A stretch of DNA of 64,000 bases from an uncultured bacterium. Lineage in GTDB: Bacteria; Verrucomicrobiota; Kiritimatiellia; RFP12; UBA1067. Of the stretch, positions 1-9,139 are shown piece by piece; within the stretch, counting starts at the first letter, position 1, and each line of letters opens with the position of its first letter. The stretch is taken from positions 15,758 through 79,757 of the forward strand of contig CACWVU010000004.1 in NCBI GenBank assembly GCA_902764415.1, in the 5' to 3' direction. A model generated the notes under the pieces. It was not told the DNA's origin. It searched no databases and saw only the letters and a list, made by a program, of their open reading frames with translations. Position numbers and translations under genes: made by a program.

Positions 1-398
1 CTCGAGGAGACAAGCTTCATCCCCGGCGCGGTCTTGATGATCTGCAGGGCGGGACGGAGCATGTCGCCGGTCGAGTGGACCGCGCCGGACACCAGCCCGT
101 CGGCCTCGCCCTCCTTCACCATCATCATCCCGAAGTACATCGGGTCCGCCACCAGCTTCGCCGCGCCCTCCTCGGTGAGCCCCTTCGCCCGCCGAAGCTC
201 GTAAAGCGCCGCGGCATAGCGCCCGCGCCGCTCCGCATCCGCCGCGATCCCCGCCGGAGTCAGCAGCACCGGCTCCGCCAGCCCCTCGGCGCGGATTACC
301 TCCGCCGCCGCGATGGTGCGCTGCTCGTCGCCCTCCGGCAGCACGATCCGCCGCCGGTCCGCCCGCGCCTTGGCTCGGATTGTCTCTGTCAAACCCAT
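1..398 (-). CDS. pta: phosphate acetyltransferase / phosphotransbutyrylase family, N-terminal part; the gene runs off the window at position 1
   Basis: Minus-strand ATG at 396-398 preceded by AGGAGG. Translation MGLTETIRAKA...GAVHSTGDMLRPALQIIKT matches the Pta/Ptb signature. Absent from the ORF track because it is truncated by the window edge. Confidence 0.8.
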   Translation of the reverse strand, partial: MGLTETIRAKARADRRRIVLPEGDEQRTIAAAEVIRAEGLAEPVLLTPAGIAADAERRGRYAAALYELRRAKGLTEEGAAKLVADPMYFGMMMVKEGEADGLVSGAVHSTGDMLRPALQIIKTAPGMKLVSS

Positions 399-418
399 GA
401 TTCCCTCCTTTGCCGTGT

Positions 419-427
419 ATTATAACA
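419..427 (-). promoter_or_regulatory. extended -10 (TGTTATAAT) upstream of pta
   Basis: Minus strand reads TGTTATAATACACGG about 20 nt upstream of the pta ATG. Member of the recurrent TGnTATAATAC(G/A)C family. Confidence 0.4.
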
Positions 428-435
428 TAGATTCA

Positions 436-572
436 GTGACCAGCAGCCAACAACCAGTAACCAGCAACCAGTAACCAGCAACCAACAACCAATAATAAGG
501 ATGGACTGTCCTCTTTACTGACCGCTGAACACTGGCTGCTGGTTGCTGGCTGCTGAATTAGTGGTCAGTGGG
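436..572. repeat. CAGCAG-type inverted-repeat intergenic element, copy 1
   Basis: Left arm (CAGCAGCCAACAACCAG / TAACCAGCAACCAG)n and right arm CTGGCTGCTGGTTGCTGGCTGCTG flank the core 'AATAAGGATGGACTGTCCTC'. Related copies at 7228-7266, 46208-46355 and 48100-48170. Confidence 0.7.
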
Positions 573-576
573 GTGG

Positions 577-2376
577 TCACCATTTCCAGGTCAGCGACGC
601 GTAGGCGGAGATGCCGGCGGCGCGCTGGCCGGGGAAGACCTCGAAGCCCTGGTCGAAGAGGTCGTCCACCCCGAGGCTGGCGGTGACATTCCGGAAAAAC
701 GGCAGCTCCCAGCCCGCCTCCGCGCGCGAGACGTTGCGGACGCGTTCGCCGCGCCGGACCGGATTGCGCTCCCACACCTCCACTCCCTGGCGCCAGGACA
801 GCGAAAGACCGTCCGCGATCTCCCACCGGAGCGTGCCCACGAGCCCGGCGAGCGGATAGTCGAGCGCGTAGCGCGAGGCGTAGCCTTCCACATCGGAGAA
901 CTTCTTCGCGAGTTCTCCCTCCACGCGCAGCGTCACTCCGCCGCCGAGCCGCCACTCCCCTTCGCCCGACGCGCCGAAGATGTCGACTTCGCCCAGGTCG
1001 GTCGCGTACCACGCCGACGACCGCGAGGTCTTGAGCCAGTCGACGAGATGGGAGCTGCGCGCGTAGAATACGCCGACGCGTCCCTCGGCGAAAACGCCCC
1101 CGGCGCCTTCCTGGCTCCGCTCGCGCACGAGATCGAGTGCAACGGTGCGGCGTCCCTTGAGCGGCAGGCCGGAATTGCCGAGCGAGGACGGCGACTCGTA
1201 GTTGAGCTCGGTGTAGCTCGGCGCGCGATACGCTTCGCGGTACGAGAGCTGCGCCTTGGTGCGCTCGGCGAGGCGGTAGGCGATTCCGCCGGCTCCGGAA
1301 AAGCGGCTGTTGTAGTTGCTGAAGAGGTCGGCCGCCGGTCCAAGCGAAAACTCCCAGTCGCCGACGGCGACGCCGGGGATCGCGGCAAGCGACTCCTGGA
1401 CGCGGGAATGGTCGCCGAGCGATCTGGAGCGGATGATCTCGAAGAGCGTGTCGCTGCGCAGGTCGATGAAAAACCGCTCGGCGAAAACGCGCCGCGTCGC
1501 GCCGTGGAGGACGACGGTGTCTGAGGTGTGGCGGTTTTCATAGAACTCGTGGTCGTAGCGGTCGAGCCAGTAGACGTCGTGCTCTCGCTGCCAGGACACC
1601 GTCAGCTCGGCCGGCTGGCCGTCGCCGGCATCGTACTTCCAGGAGCCGAAAAGCATGCCTCCGGCGTCCTCCTCCCAGGCCGGATACTTCTCGTTCGCGC
1701 CATAGGCGCCGCGCACGCCGAAGTCGCGCCAGAACCCGGCGACGACCAGGTCCGCGCGCCAGTTCTCCGCCAGCGCGCCGACGCGTCCGCCAGCCGACAC
1801 CCGCCAGAGGGAATTGTCGTCGTAGCCGTCCACGCGGTCGGCGTGGGCAGAATCTACGAACGCACCCGCCCAGCCGCGCACGGAATCGGAAATCGCAAAA
1901 CCCTCCGCCGCGTCGGCGCGGACGAAGGCGAGCCCGCGCAGACCCGCACCCGCCGTGACTCCGCCGCTGGCGCCTGGCGGCGGCGCGGAGAGCTCGAGCG
2001 CAAGCGCGCCGGCGGTGTGCCCGGCGGTCCGCCGCGCGAGATCGAGCGCCGTCGGCACGTCCACGCCGCCGATCCACGCCGAGGGGATCGGCAGGTCGGC
2101 GTTGAAGTGCTCGGTGTGGGCGTTGCGGAGCGGCGCGCCGGCGAGGACGAGTCCGGACTCGGAGAACGCGCCGGCGTTGACGCTCAGGTCGGCGAGACCT
2201 CCCGCCGGCCCCTGCTCGCGCGCGGCAAACGCCGCGCCCGCCTCGCGCCAGGGCGCATCCGCCGGACTGGCGGCGGCGGCGACCAGCCGCTCGCCCCAGA
2301 CCTCGACCGGCTGGAGCTCCTGAACGGAATTGGTCGCGGCGGAAAGAGCCGCCGCGATTAGAAGCGCGCCTGTCAT
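577..2376 (-). CDS. TonB-dependent outer-membrane receptor
   Basis: Signal peptide and a TonB-box-like ELQPVEVW. Motif YREAYRAPSYTELNYESP. C-terminal aromatic residue (..LTWKW). RBS AAGGAG. Confidence 0.75.
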   Translation of the reverse strand: MTGALLIAAALSAATNSVQELQPVEVWGERLVAAAASPADAPWREAGAAFAAREQGPAGGLADLSVNAGAFSESGLVLAGAPLRNAHTEHFNADLPIPSAWIGGVDVPTALDLARRTAGHTAGALALELSAPPPGASGGVTAGAGLRGLAFVRADAAEGFAISDSVRGWAGAFVDSAHADRVDGYDDNSLWRVSAGGRVGALAENWRADLVVAGFWRDFGVRGAYGANEKYPAWEEDAGGMLFGSWKYDAGDGQPAELTVSWQREHDVYWLDRYDHEFYENRHTSDTVVLHGATRRVFAERFFIDLRSDTLFEIIRSRSLGDHSRVQESLAAIPGVAVGDWEFSLGPAADLFSNYNSRFSGAGGIAYRLAERTKAQLSYREAYRAPSYTELNYESPSSLGNSGLPLKGRRTVALDLVRERSQEGAGGVFAEGRVGVFYARSSHLVDWLKTSRSSAWYATDLGEVDIFGASGEGEWRLGGGVTLRVEGELAKKFSDVEGYASRYALDYPLAGLVGTLRWEIADGLSLSWRQGVEVWERNPVRRGERVRNVSRAEAGWELPFFRNVTASLGVDDLFDQGFEVFPGQRAAGISAYASLTWKW

Positions 2377-2385
2377 TTCTGAATC

Positions 2386-3759
2386 CTACTCCTTGACCTT
2401 GGGCAGCTTCTCGAGGCTGAGCCGGATGTCCTCGTCGGTCGGCTCGCGGTCCTCCATCCGCCCGTCGTTGAACGCCTGGTAGGCGGTGAGGTCGAAGTAC
2501 CCGGTGCCGGTGAGTCCGAAGAGGATCGTCTCCTCGCGCCCCTCGGCCTTGCACTTCAGCGCCTCGTCGATCGCCGCGCGGATGGCGTGGCTGGACTCCG
2601 GCGCCGGCAGGATGCCCTCGACGCGGGCGAACTGCACCGCGGCGGAGAATACGTCGGTCTGCTTCACCGAGACGGCCTCCATGAGCTTCTGGTCATAGAG
2701 CTCCGACAACGTGGAGCTCATGCCGTGGAAGCGGAGCCCGCCGGCGTGGCTCGGCGAGGGGATGTAGTCCGCGCCGATGGTGTACATCTTCGCGAGCGGG
2801 CAGATGCGGCCGGTGTCGCAGTAGTCGTAGGCGTACTTGCCGCGGGTGAACGACGGGCAGCTCGCCGGCTCGACGGCGACAATGCGGCAGTCGCGCTCGC
2901 CGCGCAGCTTCTCGCCCATGAACGGCGCGATGAGCCCGCCAAGGTTGGAGCCGCCGCCGGCGCAGCCGATGATCACGTCCGGATACTCGCCGAGCTTCTC
3001 GAACGCGGCGTGCGCCTCGAGGCCGATGATGGACTGGTGCAGGAGAACCTGGTTGAGCACCGACCCGAGAACGTAGCGGTAGCCGGGGTTCTTCACCGCC
3101 GTCTCCACCGCCTCGGAGATCGCGCAGCCAAGCGAGCCGGTGGTGCCGGGGTGCTCGGCGTTGATGAGCTTGCCGATTTCGGTGGTCATCGACGGCGAAG
3201 GCGTCACTTCGGCGCCGTAGGTGCGCATCACCTCGCGACGGAACGGCTTCTGCTCGTAGGAGCACTTCACCATGAAGACCTTGCAGTCGAGGCCGAAGAA
3301 CGCACAGGCCATCGAAAGCGCCGTGCCCCACTGTCCCGCGCCGGTCTCGGTGGTCACGCCCTTCAGTCCCTGCTCCTTCGCGTAGTACGCCTGGGCGACG
3401 GCCGAGTTGAGCTTGTGCGAGCCGGAGGTGTTGTTGCCCTCGAACTTGTAGTAGATCTTCGCCGGGGTGCCGAGCGCCTTCTCGAGGAAGTACGCGCGGA
3501 CGAGCGGCGAGGGACGGAACATGCGGTAGAAGTCGCGGATTCCAACCGGAATCTCGAACTGGGCGGTGTCGTTGTCCAGCTCCTGGCGGACCAGCTCTTT
3601 GCAGAACACCGGCTCGAGGTCCTCGGCGGTGCAGGGCTTGCCGGTGGCGGGCACGATGAGCGGAGCGGGCTTCTTCTTCATGTCCGCGCGCATGTTGTAC
3701 CAGAACTTCGGCACTTCGTCTTCGCCGAGGTAGGTCTTGTAGGGGATGATTTTACTCAT
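2386..3759 (-). CDS. tryptophan synthase beta-like PLP enzyme (TrpB2-type)
   Basis: Start moved to MSKIIPYKTY (RBS AAAGGAAG). Motifs GSHKLN and GGGSN typical of the TrpB family. The ORF-track N-terminal extension is Arg/Ala-rich GC artefact. Confidence 0.75.
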   Translation of the reverse strand: MSKIIPYKTYLGEDEVPKFWYNMRADMKKKPAPLIVPATGKPCTAEDLEPVFCKELVRQELDNDTAQFEIPVGIRDFYRMFRPSPLVRAYFLEKALGTPAKIYYKFEGNNTSGSHKLNSAVAQAYYAKEQGLKGVTTETGAGQWGTALSMACAFFGLDCKVFMVKCSYEQKPFRREVMRTYGAEVTPSPSMTTEIGKLINAEHPGTTGSLGCAISEAVETAVKNPGYRYVLGSVLNQVLLHQSIIGLEAHAAFEKLGEYPDVIIGCAGGGSNLGGLIAPFMGEKLRGERDCRIVAVEPASCPSFTRGKYAYDYCDTGRICPLAKMYTIGADYIPSPSHAGGLRFHGMSSTLSELYDQKLMEAVSVKQTDVFSAAVQFARVEGILPAPESSHAIRAAIDEALKCKAEGREETILFGLTGTGYFDLTAYQAFNDGRMEDREPTDEDIRLSLEKLPKVKE

Positions 3760-4364
3760 CTTGATGCTTCCTTTCTCATACTTGAAAATCCGTCCGCTCC
3801 TTCGCCGGCGAGAATCCGCCGCGCCTCCGCGAGCGCGCGGCCGCGGTGGGAGATAGCGTTCTTCTCGGCGGCGGAAAGCTCCGCGAAACTCTTCTCGAAG
3901 CCGTCCGGCACGAAGAGCGGGTCGTAGCCGAAGCCCTCCGCGCCGCTCGGCGCGAGGGCGATGCGGCCGAAGACGCGGCCGAAGACGACGTGCTCGCGGC
4001 CGTCTGGCCCGACGAGCGCCACCGCGCAGGTGAAGTTGGCGCGGCGGTCCGCGACGCCTTCGAGGTTCTTGAGGAGAAGCGCGTTGTTCGCGGGCGTGTT
4101 CGTCGGCTCGCCCGCGTAGCGCGCGCTCCTCACCCCCGGCGCGCCGCCGAGCGCGGCGACCTTGAGACCGGAATCGTCCGCCATGCACCACTCGCCGCGG
4201 TGTCGCGACGCGATCGCCCGCACCTTTATGAGTGCATTGCCGGCAAAGTCCGGCGCGTCCTCCACGACGCCAGCGGGGTCGTCGGCGACGATTTCGAACT
4301 TCGGCAGGATCTGGGAAATCTCGCGGAGCTTGTGCTCGTTGTGGGTGGCGACGTAGAGCTTCAT
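3756..4364 (-). CDS. rdgB: non-canonical purine NTP pyrophosphatase (RdgB/HAM1)
   Basis: MKLYVATHNEHKLREI..., GFGYDPLF and AELSAAEKNAISHR motifs. ATGA overlap with the downstream trpB-like gene. Confidence 0.8.
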   Translation of the reverse strand: MKLYVATHNEHKLREISQILPKFEIVADDPAGVVEDAPDFAGNALIKVRAIASRHRGEWCMADDSGLKVAALGGAPGVRSARYAGEPTNTPANNALLLKNLEGVADRRANFTCAVALVGPDGREHVVFGRVFGRIALAPSGAEGFGYDPLFVPDGFEKSFAELSAAEKNAISHRGRALAEARRILAGEGADGFSSMRKEASR

Positions 4365-5251
4365 CTGGTAATCACGAGACCGTTGGCCACGGCGCGCGGC
4401 TTGCCGTCGCTCGGCCGGTTGAGATATTCGCCTTCGACCCAGAGCGCGGTCGAGCCACCGCCGTCGAACTGCCCGGCGTCGGTGCAACCCTCGCGCCTGA
4501 GGATCTCCGCCGCGTGCATGGACGGCATCCCGAGCGACCAGCCGAGCTGCCGCGCATCGGCGACGAGAAACACCACCAAGTTGGTGCCGAGGCCGACGAT
4601 CGAGCGCGGATAGTTCTTCTGCTCGTCCTTCGGATAGCAGACGTGAACCTTGCCGTCGATAACCTTGCCGTTCTGGAGCGGACGGTTCCAGACGCGGATG
4701 GCGTCGACCAGCTCCGCGCCGTCCATGAACGCCCTGAATTCAGCGCCCTTGCCCTTCGACGAGAGCTTGCCGAAACCGAGCGAACCGTCGGCGCGGCGGC
4801 CGACAACCTCGTAGCCAGACGGTCCCCAGCAGCCCATCTCCTCGAGCCTGCCGTCGACGAGGGTGATCCCGAACGGACGCGCCGGCTCGGCCGGCTTGCC
4901 GTCCTTGGCGCCCTTCTCGTAGAGGAAGAAGTCGCCGTTGAGCGCGGCGACCGGCTTGCCGCCGGATTCGCGGGCCGCCTTCTTCGCCAGCGCCTCGGGC
5001 GTGAGGCGCGTGGCCCTGCCCTCCTTCCCCAGCACGAACCTGAGCTTCAGCTTCGGGTCGGCGGCGAGGTCGAATTTCGCCATCCTCACCTCGCACGGAG
5101 TCTCGGGAACGCGCATCGAGACGACGGTGACGCCTGGCGAGACCTGCCGCTCCTCGCGCACGACGGTCGCAAAGTCCAGTCCCGGCGACGTGGGCGCCGC
5201 CAGAGCTGAAAGCGCCTGCGAAAGCGCCGCGACCTGCGCGAGAAGCGACAT
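4361..5251 (-). CDS. phosphodiester glycosidase family protein (DUF2233 / NAGPA-like), secreted
   Basis: Signal peptide MSLLAQVAALSQALSALA and an NGDFF motif. The start is ambiguous, at 5251 or 5278. 4-nt overlap with rdgB. Confidence 0.55.
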   Translation of the reverse strand: MSLLAQVAALSQALSALAAPTSPGLDFATVVREERQVSPGVTVVSMRVPETPCEVRMAKFDLAADPKLKLRFVLGKEGRATRLTPEALAKKAARESGGKPVAALNGDFFLYEKGAKDGKPAEPARPFGITLVDGRLEEMGCWGPSGYEVVGRRADGSLGFGKLSSKGKGAEFRAFMDGAELVDAIRVWNRPLQNGKVIDGKVHVCYPKDEQKNYPRSIVGLGTNLVVFLVADARQLGWSLGMPSMHAAEILRREGCTDAGQFDGGGSTALWVEGEYLNRPSDGKPRAVANGLVITR

Positions 5252-5261
5252 CGCGACGGCC

Positions 5262-7064
5262 CTACCGGTTGGTCGCATAGAGAGGACCGAAGTTCGCGCA
5301 CGCGCGGTAGTCCGCGCCGGTCGGATCGTCGGACGCGCCGAAGAGCCCCCAGCAGTGCGGCTGGAACACCTTGTCCTCGGGCACGTTGTGCATGGCGACC
5401 GGGATGCGGAGCATCGAGGCGAGCGTGATGAGGTCCGCGCCGATGTGGCCGTAGGCGATCGCGCCGTGGTTCGCGGCCCACGCGTTCATCACCGAGTAGA
5501 CGTCCTTGAAGAAGCCCTTGCCGGTGAGCCGCGGCGTGAACCACGTGCACGGCCACTCGGGGTTGGTGCGCTCCATCAGCGTCTTCTGCTGCTTCGGGTC
5601 GAGCGTGACCGACCAGCCCTCGGCGATCTGGAGGACGGGGCCCTGGCCCTTGACGATCGAGATGCGCGTCATCGTCAGCGGCATCCCCTTCGGGGTGAGG
5701 AACGAGCTCGAGAAGCCACCGCCGCGGAAGTACTCGACGCCCGCCGGCACCCACTTCGTCGCCTTCAGCGTCGCGTCGATGTCCTTCTGGGTGACGTCCC
5801 ACCAGTTCTTGAAGACGGCCTTGCCCTTCTCCTTCATCTCGCCCGCCGCGTCAAGGCAGCAGGAGCCGGAGTTGAGGAGGTGGATGATGCCCGCCTTCGC
5901 GTCCTTCGGAAGCCCCTTGCCTGTCGCGCGCTTCACGGCCGCGTCGCTCCAGTACGTGCGGACGTCGGCGAACATCGACGCCTTGTTCGTGAGGAGCCAC
6001 ATGAGGAGCATGCAGATGCCGTTGAGCGAGTCGTTCTCTGTCGCGAGGATCTGCGGCATCTTCTTGCCGTTCCAGTCGAACGAGGTGTTGCACATCACCT
6101 CGGCGACGTCGCCGTTCGGCCAGTGATCTGTCCACTGCCGCTGGCCCTGGAAGCCGCCGGCGATCGCGTTGCGGCCGACCGCCTCCTCGCCGAAGCCCAT
6201 CTCCTTGAGCTTGGGATTGCCGGCCATCATGTCGCGGACGATGATCGCCATCTTGGCGATGAACTCCCAGTCCTTGTCCTTCTCGGCGCGCGACTTCTGG
6301 ATCTTGGCGGGGTTGTAGTCCTTGCCCTCCTTGAGGTTCTTGCGCATCCACGCGATCGCCTTCTTGTACTCCTCCTTGTCGTAGATGCCCTCCTCGATAC
6401 GGCGGAGGATCTCGCACTCGTCCATGTTCTCAGGGGCGATGCCGAGGTAGTCCTGCATGAAGTTGACGTCCACGAACGAGCCCGCGATGCCCATCGCCGA
6501 GGTTCCGATGGAGAGATAGCTCTTGCCCTTCATCATCGCGACGGCGAGACCGGCCTTGGCGAAGCGGAGGATCTTCTCGGCGACATCGGCGGGGATCTTC
6601 GAGGACTCGTCGCGGTTCTGCACCTCGTGGCCGTAGATGCCGTAGGCGGGCATGCCGCGCTGCGCGTAGCCCGCGAGCATGCAGGCGAGGTAGACCGCGC
6701 CGGGGCGCTCGGTGCCGTTGAAGCCCCAGACGGCCTTCGGCATCTGCGGGTCGAGGTCCATCGTCTCGGTGCCGTAGCACCAGCACGGCGTAACCGAGAG
6801 CGAGACGCCCACGTTGTTGTCGCGGAACTTGTTCGCGCACATCGCCGCCTCGAACCTGCCGCCGATCGTGGTGTCGGCGATGACGCACTCCACCTTCGAC
6901 CCGTCGGGGTACCTGAGGTTGTCTGAGATGAGCTTCGCCGCGGCCTTGGCCATGTCCATGGTCTGGACCTCGAGCGATTCCCTGACGCCGCGCCGGCGGC
7001 CGTCGATGATCGGGCGGATGCCGACCTTGGGGAAACCATTGTGGGTGAACACTGTCTGTGCCAT
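5262..7064 (-). CDS. fucI: L-fucose isomerase
   Basis: Nearly full-length colinear similarity to E. coli FucI ([34 protein letters not shown]). Start set at MAQTVF with RBS AAGGAG. Confidence 0.9.
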   Translation of the reverse strand: MAQTVFTHNGFPKVGIRPIIDGRRRGVRESLEVQTMDMAKAAAKLISDNLRYPDGSKVECVIADTTIGGRFEAAMCANKFRDNNVGVSLSVTPCWCYGTETMDLDPQMPKAVWGFNGTERPGAVYLACMLAGYAQRGMPAYGIYGHEVQNRDESSKIPADVAEKILRFAKAGLAVAMMKGKSYLSIGTSAMGIAGSFVDVNFMQDYLGIAPENMDECEILRRIEEGIYDKEEYKKAIAWMRKNLKEGKDYNPAKIQKSRAEKDKDWEFIAKMAIIVRDMMAGNPKLKEMGFGEEAVGRNAIAGGFQGQRQWTDHWPNGDVAEVMCNTSFDWNGKKMPQILATENDSLNGICMLLMWLLTNKASMFADVRTYWSDAAVKRATGKGLPKDAKAGIIHLLNSGSCCLDAAGEMKEKGKAVFKNWWDVTQKDIDATLKATKWVPAGVEYFRGGGFSSSFLTPKGMPLTMTRISIVKGQGPVLQIAEGWSVTLDPKQQKTLMERTNPEWPCTWFTPRLTGKGFFKDVYSVMNAWAANHGAIAYGHIGADLITLASMLRIPVAMHNVPEDKVFQPHCWGLFGASDDPTGADYRACANFGPLYATNR

Positions 7065-7227
7065 TTTCTTGTCCTCTCCTTGTCTGTTTGTCGCCTGCAG
7101 CGAAACCTTCTGGCGGCGCCGCGACGCCGCGGGGCCGATTGGTGGCAAATAATACCACAACCCGGGCCCCGGAGTCAAGTGCGACTGGTGCCATTTGGGG
7201 CCAACTCATGAATGCGTTGGAAGTGTT

Positions 7228-7266
7228 TCAGCAGCCAGCGGCCAGCGTTCAGCAGCCAGTGCAGTT
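7228..7266. repeat. CAGCAG-type repeat fragment in the divergent fucI / ydbH-like promoter region
   Basis: CAGCAGCCAGCGGCCAGCGTTCAGCAGCCAGTGCAG. Same family as 436-572. Confidence 0.5.
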
Positions 7267-7288
7267 GGCCGTCGACGGCGGCGACTTT

Positions 7289-7297
7289 TGGTATAAT
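7289..7297 (+). promoter_or_regulatory. extended -10 TGGTATAAT, leaderless promoter of the ydbH-like gene
   Basis: TGGTATAAT + ACACGCC (7 nt) + ATG at 7305. The predicted TSS coincides with the start codon. Confidence 0.55.
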
Positions 7298-7304
7298 ACA
7301 CGCC

Positions 7305-8651
7305 ATGAAGGAGAGTCGCAAGTCGTCCGGCGGAGTCTGGCGGCGCCTCGCGAAGGCGCTCGCCGTCGCGGCGCTTGTCCTCGTCGCCCTCGTTGTTCTC
7401 CTCGCCGCGGCGCTTCCCTTCGTCGCGCCGCTCGTCCCGCTGCCGGAGCTCAAGCTCGACCTCGCGCCGCGCCTCCAGGGGAAGGCGGCGGAGCTCTTCC
7501 AGCGCAAGAAGGCGACCGCGAGGATTACGCTCCGGCGGGCGGGGCTCTCGATGATGACCGTGCTCGCCGAGGGCGACGTCCTCGACTGGCGGTACTTCGC
7601 CACCGCGAACGTCCGCTTCGGCTGGCTGGGCGCGAAGGGCGACCTCTACGTCTCGATTCCCGGCACCGACCTCGAGCTCCGCGGCGAATTCGACTACCGC
7701 TCCGCGAAGGACTGGAGCTTCAGCGCCAGGGTCCCGGAGGCCCGGTTCGCCCACGACGACGCGATGCTCGGCGAGGTGCTGCCGCGCCTCGGAATCGCCG
7801 CGGTCTCCAACCTCGTCTGCTCCGGCGTCTTCTCGCTCGAGGCGAACGGCTCGTCGACCCCGCGCCGCCCGGTCCCAAGCTGGTCGGTGCGCGCCGCGGT
7901 CAAGGAGGTGGAGGCGTCCGCGCTCGCTGCGGGCGGGCGGCCGGTCGAGGTCCACGGGCTGCGCGCGCGCTTCGGCGTGGACGGCATCGCCGACCACCGC
8001 GACATCGCGCCCATCAACCCGCGCGCCGACTCGGTCGTCGCCGCCGGCGTCGTCCTCTCCAACGTCTACGCGAGCGTGCGCGCCGAGGAGCGCTCGTACC
8101 TCGTCACCGAGGCCGGGGCGGACGCGTGCGGCGGCAGGCTCCGGCTCTACTCGCTCTTCCTCGACCCGAAGCGGCTCAGCGCCGGCGCGACGGTGTTCGT
8201 GGACGACGTGGACGCCGGGGAGGCGCTCTCGCACCTCTCGTGCTTCCACGGCGACGCCTCCGGGCGGCTCCACGGCAAGCTCCCCTTCTTCCTCAAGGAC
8301 GGGCGCACCCTCCGGCTCCGCGACGCCTACCTCTTCTCGAAGCCGGGCGAGACCGGCAAGGTGCGCGTGGTCGACGCCTCGCCCATCCTCGACAACCTCG
8401 AGCTCGGCGGCGTGCCGAAGGCCCAGCGCGACAACCTCGCGAGGGCACTTGCCGACCTCGACTACAAGGTGCTGAAGGTGGAGCTCCGCCGCGGCGCCGA
8501 CAACGAGGACTCCGCGCTCCAGCTGAAGCTCGAGGGCACGGCGACCGAAGGCTCCGTCACCGTGCCGGTCGTGCTCGACGTCACCTTCCACGGCGACTTC
8601 GACCGGCTCGTGGACACCGGCATGAACCTTACAAGGAGGAAACTGAAATGA
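7305..8651 (+). CDS. YdbH / AsmA-like membrane-anchored protein (short form)
   Basis: N-terminal TM helix followed by a large soluble domain. It is followed by a YnbE/YdbL-like gene, as in the E. coli ydbH-ynbE-ydbL operon. Start at MKESRK directly after the promoter. Confidence 0.5.
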   Translation: MKESRKSSGGVWRRLAKALAVAALVLVALVVLLAAALPFVAPLVPLPELKLDLAPRLQGKAAELFQRKKATARITLRRAGLSMMTVLAEGDVLDWRYFATANVRFGWLGAKGDLYVSIPGTDLELRGEFDYRSAKDWSFSARVPEARFAHDDAMLGEVLPRLGIAAVSNLVCSGVFSLEANGSSTPRRPVPSWSVRAAVKEVEASALAAGGRPVEVHGLRARFGVDGIADHRDIAPINPRADSVVAAGVVLSNVYASVRAEERSYLVTEAGADACGGRLRLYSLFLDPKRLSAGATVFVDDVDAGEALSHLSCFHGDASGRLHGKLPFFLKDGRTLRLRDAYLFSKPGETGKVRVVDASPILDNLELGGVPKAQRDNLARALADLDYKVLKVELRRGADNEDSALQLKLEGTATEGSVTVPVVLDVTFHGDFDRLVDTGMNLTRRKLK

Positions 8652-9088
8652 AGACACCGATCATCGTCGCCGCCGCTGCGCTCGCCGCCTGCGGCTGCAT
8701 CCAGGTCAAGACCGAAAGCGAAATCAAGCCCATCCACATCACGATGGACGTGAACCTCAAGGTGGACAAGGACCTCGACAAGGCGTTCGCCGACGAGGAC
8801 CAGAAGAAGCCGAAGGGCAACTTCAAGGCGGTGAAGGAGATGGTCGACCGGCATGCGGCCGGCATCACCCGCCTCGCGCTGCTCGAGGCGCGCGAAGGCG
8901 CGACCGACGACGACCGGCTCCTGATCGCCGAGGAGAACGCCTCGCGGATGAAACGCTTCAGCGCCGTCGCCAAATCCAACGGCACCTCGCTCGAAACAGT
9001 CCAGAAGCGCTACGCGGCGAAGTCGCGCGAGCGCCTGCCCAACGGCTGCTGGTACGAGACCGACGACGGCCGCTGGACCCGCAAGTAG
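8648..9088 (+). CDS. YnbE-like lipoprotein fused to a YdbL (DUF1318)-like domain
   Basis: Lipobox AACGC. 'PIHITMDVNLKVDKDLD' resembles E. coli YnbE 'PITINMNVKIEHEIHIKVDKDVE'. The C-terminal ...GRWTRK resembles the YdbL C-terminus. RBS AGGAGG. Confidence 0.55.
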   Translation: MKTPIIVAAAALAACGCIQVKTESEIKPIHITMDVNLKVDKDLDKAFADEDQKKPKGNFKAVKEMVDRHAAGITRLALLEAREGATDDDRLLIAEENASRMKRFSAVAKSNGTSLETVQKRYAAKSRERLPNGCWYETDDGRWTRK

Positions 9089-9092
9089 CGGC
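9032..9092. repeat. 61-bp direct repeat, copy 1 (3' end of the ynbE-ydbL gene including its stop); att-like
   Basis: Identical to 10507-10567. Confidence 0.8.
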
Positions 9093-9139
9093 CGAGGCAT
9101 ATACACTTTTGCCTGGCGACATGCAGCACAAACGCTCCT

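Noticed and set aside
498-521. Mini-ORFs inside the CAGCAG elements (AAGGA + ATGGACTGTCCTCTTTACTGA, 6 aa; also a 9-aa frame at about 46250)
   Set aside because: Too short, the two peptides are not conserved with each other, and the shared DNA core is better explained as a structural motif.
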